A stretch of 64,000 nucleotides of DNA from an uncultured Spirochaetota bacterium (lineage in GTDB: Bacteria; Spirochaetota; Brevinematia; Brevinematales; JAOACQ01). Each line of letters opens with the position of its first letter. The first letter of the stretch is position 1. The notes under the pieces were generated by a model. That model was not told where the DNA came from, made no database searches, and saw nothing but the letters and a program-made list of their open reading frames with translations. Positions 58,989 through 64,000 of this stretch are shown here, piece by piece. The position numbers and the translations under genes were made by a program. Where the stretch lies: assembly GCA_963835575.1 (NCBI GenBank), contig CAWIGG010000002.1:736001-800000 (forward strand). Direction: 5' to 3'.

Positions 58989-59558
58989 ATGAATAGAGTT
59001 GTTAACAGGGCACTTGTCTTTTTCTTCTTGCTGACTTTTTCATGTACTCAGGAACAGCAGAAAATAGTAAAATCCGCGCATGATTATCAGGTTTCGACGC
59101 TGATTTTCGGCGTAGGTTATGATCAGAGCAAAGCCGAAAGCGACCTGAACTCGGTTTTTTACGCTTATAAACAGGGGGTCTTATTTCAATACTCAAAGAT
59201 TGATTTAAAACTGAAGCTTGATTATTCAAATAAACCTCAATTATTGACAATAGAAGATTTGACAAAAGCCAATATGAAAAAGATAATGGATCATTTTTAT
59301 GTCGATGAATTGCCGTATTCTTCCGTCATAAAAATCCAGGGCAGTTCAGAAAAGGAAATATCTACTTCACTTAATATTTCCAAACCTTTCAGTTATTTGT
59401 CTCGGCTTTTGGCTAAGGGAATTGATGAGGCAAATGGGAATAGCGTGAAAAAAATCAAAAGGGGATATGTTTATATTCTATCTCTTAATTATGAGAAGAA
59501 TGCTGATCAATCGCTGACTATCAACGCGGATCTCCTTTTAACAGAAGAGGTTGAATAG
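58989..59558 (+). CDS. Hypothetical lipoprotein
   Basis: TFSC lipobox. Confidence 0.7.
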   Translation: MNRVVNRALVFFFLLTFSCTQEQQKIVKSAHDYQVSTLIFGVGYDQSKAESDLNSVFYAYKQGVLFQYSKIDLKLKLDYSNKPQLLTIEDLTKANMKKIMDHFYVDELPYSSVIKIQGSSEKEISTSLNISKPFSYLSRLLAKGIDEANGNSVKKIKRGYVYILSLNYEKNADQSLTINADLLLTEEVE

Positions 59559-59561
59559 AGG

Positions 59562-62351
59562 ATGAATAAGGTTGGCGCTTTTTTAAATGAATTGGAAGCC
59601 GAGGCTTTGCTTGCGCAGGGAAAATTCACGGAGGCTTTGCCGCTTTTGCGCAATGCGCTTGAAAAAAATGAATATCTTAATAAGGAAAGCCTGCTCTGTA
59701 ATATTTCTCTCTGCTATTTTAAAATGCAGGATTATAAGCAGTCGGTTTTTTATCTTCAGGAGCTGTTCAAAATTAATCCGGAATATCCGACTGTTGTTTA
59801 TAATCTGGCATATTCTTGTTTAATGTTGAATGATTATAATCAGGCGGTTAAAAATTTTGAGGCTGTGCGTGAGAAGGAAGGTATGAACCAGGATATCGCT
59901 TACAACCTTGGGACGGCATATATGGGCCGTAAAGAAGGGAAGAAAGCCATGGAATGTTTTAATTATTTGATTGATACAAGGCCCCTTTCACCTCAATTGA
60001 TTTACAATGCGGGAATAGGCCTTGTGAACAATGGATTTTCAAAAGAAGCGAGGGACTTTTTTATTAAATACCTTTCTTCAGCTCAAAATGATATAGACGC
60101 GACATTCGGGCTTGGAATAGCTTATAATCAGCAGAAAGATTACCGCAAAGCCATTGAGTGTTTTCTCAGGGTCATATCATGGGACGAAATGCGTTATCCG
60201 AGCGCTTTTGTCAGCCTTGGTATGGCCTATTTTCAAATCGGAAATATATCAAAATCCCTTGAATACCTGAATGAAGCGGCAAGGTTTAATTTGGCCGAGG
60301 CATGGTATTACCTGGGCGTTGTCTATGAAGCTACCGAACAGCTTGATAATGCTGTTCTTGCCTATAAGAAAGCCGGAGATATTGATCATGCGTTCTGGGA
60401 AGTATGGGAGAAGCTGGGAAATCTCTATCTTAAAAAATCCTCTCTTCCGGAATCGCGCATCTCTTATAAAAAAGCGTTCAAGCTGACCGGCAGGCCGTTT
60501 TTCGCCTTTAAAGCCGGATTGATTTCAATGATGCAGAAAGAATACCCGCAGGCCCTGGAATATTTCCTGATCTGCTTTGAGAAAAAGAGTGAGGATGAAT
60601 TCCAGGAAGCGGACCTTTATCAGAATCTGGCTGTCTGCTGTTATTATCTGGATAAGCACGCCGAATCCGTCAATTACGCAAGGAAAGCGCTCGAAATTGA
60701 TAAAAAAAGGGAATCAGTTTATTTTGTACTGGGAAGCTCGCTTTTAAAAACCGCCAGAACGGCAGAAGCCCGTACAATACTCCTTGAAGGTCTTAAATTC
60801 TGCCCGGAAGATGTGAATCTTCTCTATACTTTAGGCGTGCTGGAAGGGAGCCTCGGCGATTACCGTTCTTCATCCGATTATTTCAGCAGAGCGGTAAAAA
60901 TCACCAGAAGCCCTGATGTTCTTTACGCTCTCGGGCTGGCAAAAATGAAATTAAACGATAAGGATTCCGCGGCGGAACTGTTTGATGAATTCAAGCAGTA
61001 TCATAAGGATGATCCTGATATGCTCTACAAACTCGGTCTTTTATTCATAGAGCTCAAGAATTATAATAAGGCGAAGACCGCATTTAAAGAAGTGCTTTCA
61101 ATCAATCCGGGCGAGGAAAAAGCGAAAAATTATCTGTATTCCCTGGAAGAAAAAATCAATAAAACAAAAAAGCGGGGCTCTTTATTAAACATCGGTAAAA
61201 ACTTTCTATTTTTATTACTCCTTCTGCCTTTTATCAGCTGTTCCCAGGAACATCTCATTCTGGTAAAAAACATTCAGAGATTAAAGCTTTTAACAATCCA
61301 GGACATGCTCCAGGAAAGCGGGTTCGGAAAGAAAAGACTAAAACGGGAGATCCTGACAAATCAGACCGTTCAAAACGAAGCAACGGATGAGAAAATAGAA
61401 AAAAGCAAAGTCGTTTCCTATAATAAGCAGCTCAATATCCCTGAAAACCAGGATTTTTCCATTAATATAAAACCGCTGAACGATTTTATCATTCTCAAGT
61501 CCGTTCAGGGGGACGTCCAGTATGTAAAAGCGTCTTCCCAGCAGGAAAAAGGCCTTTTTATGTTCCACAGCGGAAAAAGGGATTCGAAAATCCAGTTTCA
61601 GCAGTTTGATGTCAGCGGCGCGCTGGTAAAAAATCTCAATTATTATGTAAAAATCCAGGCCGCGGTCAGCCAGCCGTCCGTAACAGTATCACACTCCAGC
61701 GCTATGGCCTCGAATACAAATAAGACGGGAGAGGAGAATGTTCAAACTTTGACAGTTAACCCGAACATTTCCACTCTCATTATTACATCCATCCAGGGTC
61801 TGTCGCCGACAGAGGCGTTAAGGGAACTCAGAGGCATGCTTTCCTCAAGCGAATTTACCGATGATGATAAGGAATTGATCCGCTATAAAATGACGGAAAT
61901 CCTGATCGAAGAGAGGAGCTTTAAAGACGCCCAGGTTCAGATAGACGCTCTTAATAATAAAAACAGAAAGTCCCTGTACACCGGCAAACTGCTGATGGCG
62001 CGGAAAAATAATAAAGAAGCGCTCAGGTATTATATGGATGCCCTGGGCGGGGATGATGAAACGAAAAAGACCGCTGTCATTGATATGGAAAAGCTGATTC
62101 TTGCGATGGGCGCCGCCGAAAAGAATTTATTGGAAAGGCTCCGGGCTGAAACAAAAAAGTTTAAGAATGACAAGGATTTTTATGTCAACTCAATGATAGG
62201 TATAGCGAGGATTTATCAATATCTGCCTGACATCTATTCCGCCAAGGATATCTACGAATCAATTTTAAACGGCGATTATGACGAGGATTTAAAGGAAAAA
62301 ACACGGCAGTCGTATGAGGAATTAAAAAAGGATTTTCTGGAATACCGGTAG
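59562..62351 (+). CDS. Large TPR protein with internal TM/lipoprotein-like signal and C-terminal exported domain
   Basis: ~530 aa of TPRs, then KNFLFLLLLLPFISC, then a beta-rich region and further helices. Confidence 0.8.
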   Translation: MNKVGAFLNELEAEALLAQGKFTEALPLLRNALEKNEYLNKESLLCNISLCYFKMQDYKQSVFYLQELFKINPEYPTVVYNLAYSCLMLNDYNQAVKNFEAVREKEGMNQDIAYNLGTAYMGRKEGKKAMECFNYLIDTRPLSPQLIYNAGIGLVNNGFSKEARDFFIKYLSSAQNDIDATFGLGIAYNQQKDYRKAIECFLRVISWDEMRYPSAFVSLGMAYFQIGNISKSLEYLNEAARFNLAEAWYYLGVVYEATEQLDNAVLAYKKAGDIDHAFWEVWEKLGNLYLKKSSLPESRISYKKAFKLTGRPFFAFKAGLISMMQKEYPQALEYFLICFEKKSEDEFQEADLYQNLAVCCYYLDKHAESVNYARKALEIDKKRESVYFVLGSSLLKTARTAEARTILLEGLKFCPEDVNLLYTLGVLEGSLGDYRSSSDYFSRAVKITRSPDVLYALGLAKMKLNDKDSAAELFDEFKQYHKDDPDMLYKLGLLFIELKNYNKAKTAFKEVLSINPGEEKAKNYLYSLEEKINKTKKRGSLLNIGKNFLFLLLLLPFISCSQEHLILVKNIQRLKLLTIQDMLQESGFGKKRLKREILTNQTVQNEATDEKIEKSKVVSYNKQLNIPENQDFSINIKPLNDFIILKSVQGDVQYVKASSQQEKGLFMFHSGKRDSKIQFQQFDVSGALVKNLNYYVKIQAAVSQPSVTVSHSSAMASNTNKTGEENVQTLTVNPNISTLIITSIQGLSPTEALRELRGMLSSSEFTDDDKELIRYKMTEILIEERSFKDAQVQIDALNNKNRKSLYTGKLLMARKNNKEALRYYMDALGGDDETKKTAVIDMEKLILAMGAAEKNLLERLRAETKKFKNDKDFYVNSMIGIARIYQYLPDIYSAKDIYESILNGDYDEDLKEKTRQSYEELKKDFLEYR

Positions 62352-62364
62352 AGGGGAGCTTTTC

Positions 62365-63405
62365 ATGTCTTTTATCAAGGGCGTCGAGGTTTTTCTCCAG
62401 AAACCCAGTCCTGAATACCTGCCTATTATTGAGCAGATGAAACAGTATGGGATCATCGGACAGTCGCAAAGCATCATAAATGCCTTTATCAAAGCGCAGA
62501 AAGCGGCCAAAAGCAACGCCAATATATTAATTGAAGGCGAAAGCGGAACGGGAAAAGAGGTTTTTGCCCAGGCGATCCATAATATCGGAAGAAGGAGCGG
62601 CGGGCCTTTTGTCAAGCTGAACTGCGCCGAAATACCCGAAACCCTCCTGGAAAGCGAACTGTTCGGCTATGAAAAAGGGGCTTTTACCGGCGCCGGAAAA
62701 CGGAAGATCGGTAAATTCGAGCTGGCGAATACAGGCACTATTTTTCTGGATGAGATCAGCGAAATGTCCCTTTCCCTGCAGTCAAAAATGCTCCGCGTTA
62801 TAGAGGACAAGACGATCACACGGGTCGGCGGGCTTGAAAACATTCCGATCAATGTACGCATCCTTTCCGCGACAAACCGCGATCTCTGGCAGCATGTGAG
62901 CAGGAAGCAGTTCCGCGAGGACCTTTATTACCGGCTTAATGTCATCTATTTTCATATTCCTCCGCTGAGGGAAAGAAGGGAGGATATACCGCTTCTGATA
63001 GATTATTTTATCAAAGCGTATATGAAAAACGAAAGCGTGAAAATCAGCTCCATAGATGAAGAAGTGATCCGTCTTCTGATTTCTTTGACCTGGTCGGGCA
63101 ACGTCAGACAGCTGGAAAACGTCATACATCATGCGATCATTATGACTTATGACGACCGGATATCACTTGAGGATATTCCGGAGAATATCTATTCCAGCAT
63201 ACCGGCAGGCGCCATTCATTCCGTCGACGGCTATGTCAAGAAAGACAATGTGATTATTACGGATATAGACCTGAATGAAATGGAAAAAACCCAGATCCTC
63301 AAAGCGCTGGAGCAGTCCCGGTGGAGAATTTCCGAAGCCGCCGAGATACTGGGCATCCACCGCAACACCCTCCGCCAGAAAATAAAAAAGCATAATTTAA
63401 AATGA
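62365..63405 (+). CDS. sigma54-dependent activator lacking an N-terminal sensory domain
   Basis: GESGTGKE, ESELFG..KGAFTGA, FLDEI, FREDLYYRL, GNVRQL, Fis-type HTH. Confidence 0.93.
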   Translation: MSFIKGVEVFLQKPSPEYLPIIEQMKQYGIIGQSQSIINAFIKAQKAAKSNANILIEGESGTGKEVFAQAIHNIGRRSGGPFVKLNCAEIPETLLESELFGYEKGAFTGAGKRKIGKFELANTGTIFLDEISEMSLSLQSKMLRVIEDKTITRVGGLENIPINVRILSATNRDLWQHVSRKQFREDLYYRLNVIYFHIPPLRERREDIPLLIDYFIKAYMKNESVKISSIDEEVIRLLISLTWSGNVRQLENVIHHAIIMTYDDRISLEDIPENIYSSIPAGAIHSVDGYVKKDNVIITDIDLNEMEKTQILKALEQSRWRISEAAEILGIHRNTLRQKIKKHNLK

Positions 63406-63541
63406 CCATTCTGAATGTTTTTATCAGCTTTAGTTAAGTCAATTATTGATATTGATTTCAGATATAATATTAAATTATTGCATTTCGATATTCTTTATCT
63501 TAAAATAATTAAACACATGAATAAACATGGGGGGGTAATAT

Positions 63542-64000
63542 ATGAAAAGAATCCTGATAACAGCCATTATTCTGCTTTTATTTGGTTTTTTATATTCTGA
63601 AGATAACAAAATCAGGATCGTTGTTTTTGATCTGGACGTGAATTCAAGTGATGTAAATAAAAGCGAAGCTATAACCCTCAGCGAATATTTGAGGGACGAA
63701 TTTATTAACGCCGGCGCATTTGAGGTTGTATCCCGCAAACAGCTGAATAAATTGATGGAAGAGTATAAATTTCAAGCCACAGGGCTGACCTCTGAATCCA
63801 ACGCTGTTGTACTGGGTAAATTATTGAATGTTAAGAGAGGAGTTATAGGTACTATAGGGAAATTCGGCGATACACTTCTTATCAGCCTGAAGCTTTTTGA
63901 TCTTGAATCCGGTAAATATATCACGGCGGAAAACATCAAGGATAAGACCAAAGAGGCCATACTGGATAAAATCAGCCAGGCCGTTAAGGTACTGACGGAA
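63542..64000 (+). CDS. Secreted CsgG/HfaB-like domain protein, runs off window end
   Basis: Manual translation MKRILITAIILLLFGFLYS...IVVFDL...FEVVSR..L..LMEE.KFQ.TGL....AV.LGKLL.V...VIGTI. Confidence 0.8.
   Translation, partial: MKRILITAIILLLFGFLYSEDNKIRIVVFDLDVNSSDVNKSEAITLSEYLRDEFINAGAFEVVSRKQLNKLMEEYKFQATGLTSESNAVVLGKLLNVKRGVIGTIGKFGDTLLISLKLFDLESGKYITAENIKDKTKEAILDKISQAVKVLTE

Overview
Chromosomal window from a probable spirochaete (cheA-cheW-cheX-cheY order, spirochaete-type lipoproteins; taxonomy is inferred). It holds housekeeping genes (S9 peptidase, argF/argH, accA, an EF-G paralogue, ROK kinase, tRNA-Asn and two tRNA-Val) and a chemotaxis operon with HD-GYP and sigma54-activator genes. 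A large carbohydrate/secretion region carries a GH50-like hydrolase with an in-frame amber, a 2.8 kaa ORF fusing a truncated cellulose-synthase-like GT2 to a giant Ig/FlgD/LamG array, and a near-complete but strand-scrambled type II secretion system with a GH48-CBM2 cellulase embedded in it. Intergenic DNA has several palindromic repeat families. The most striking is a periodic (CACGAAGA-type) inverted repeat that brackets a GxxExxY nuclease pseudogene and recurs as a gene-less copy, which suggests a GxxExxY-associated mobile/REP-like system. All calls are by-eye motif recognition; no searches were run.
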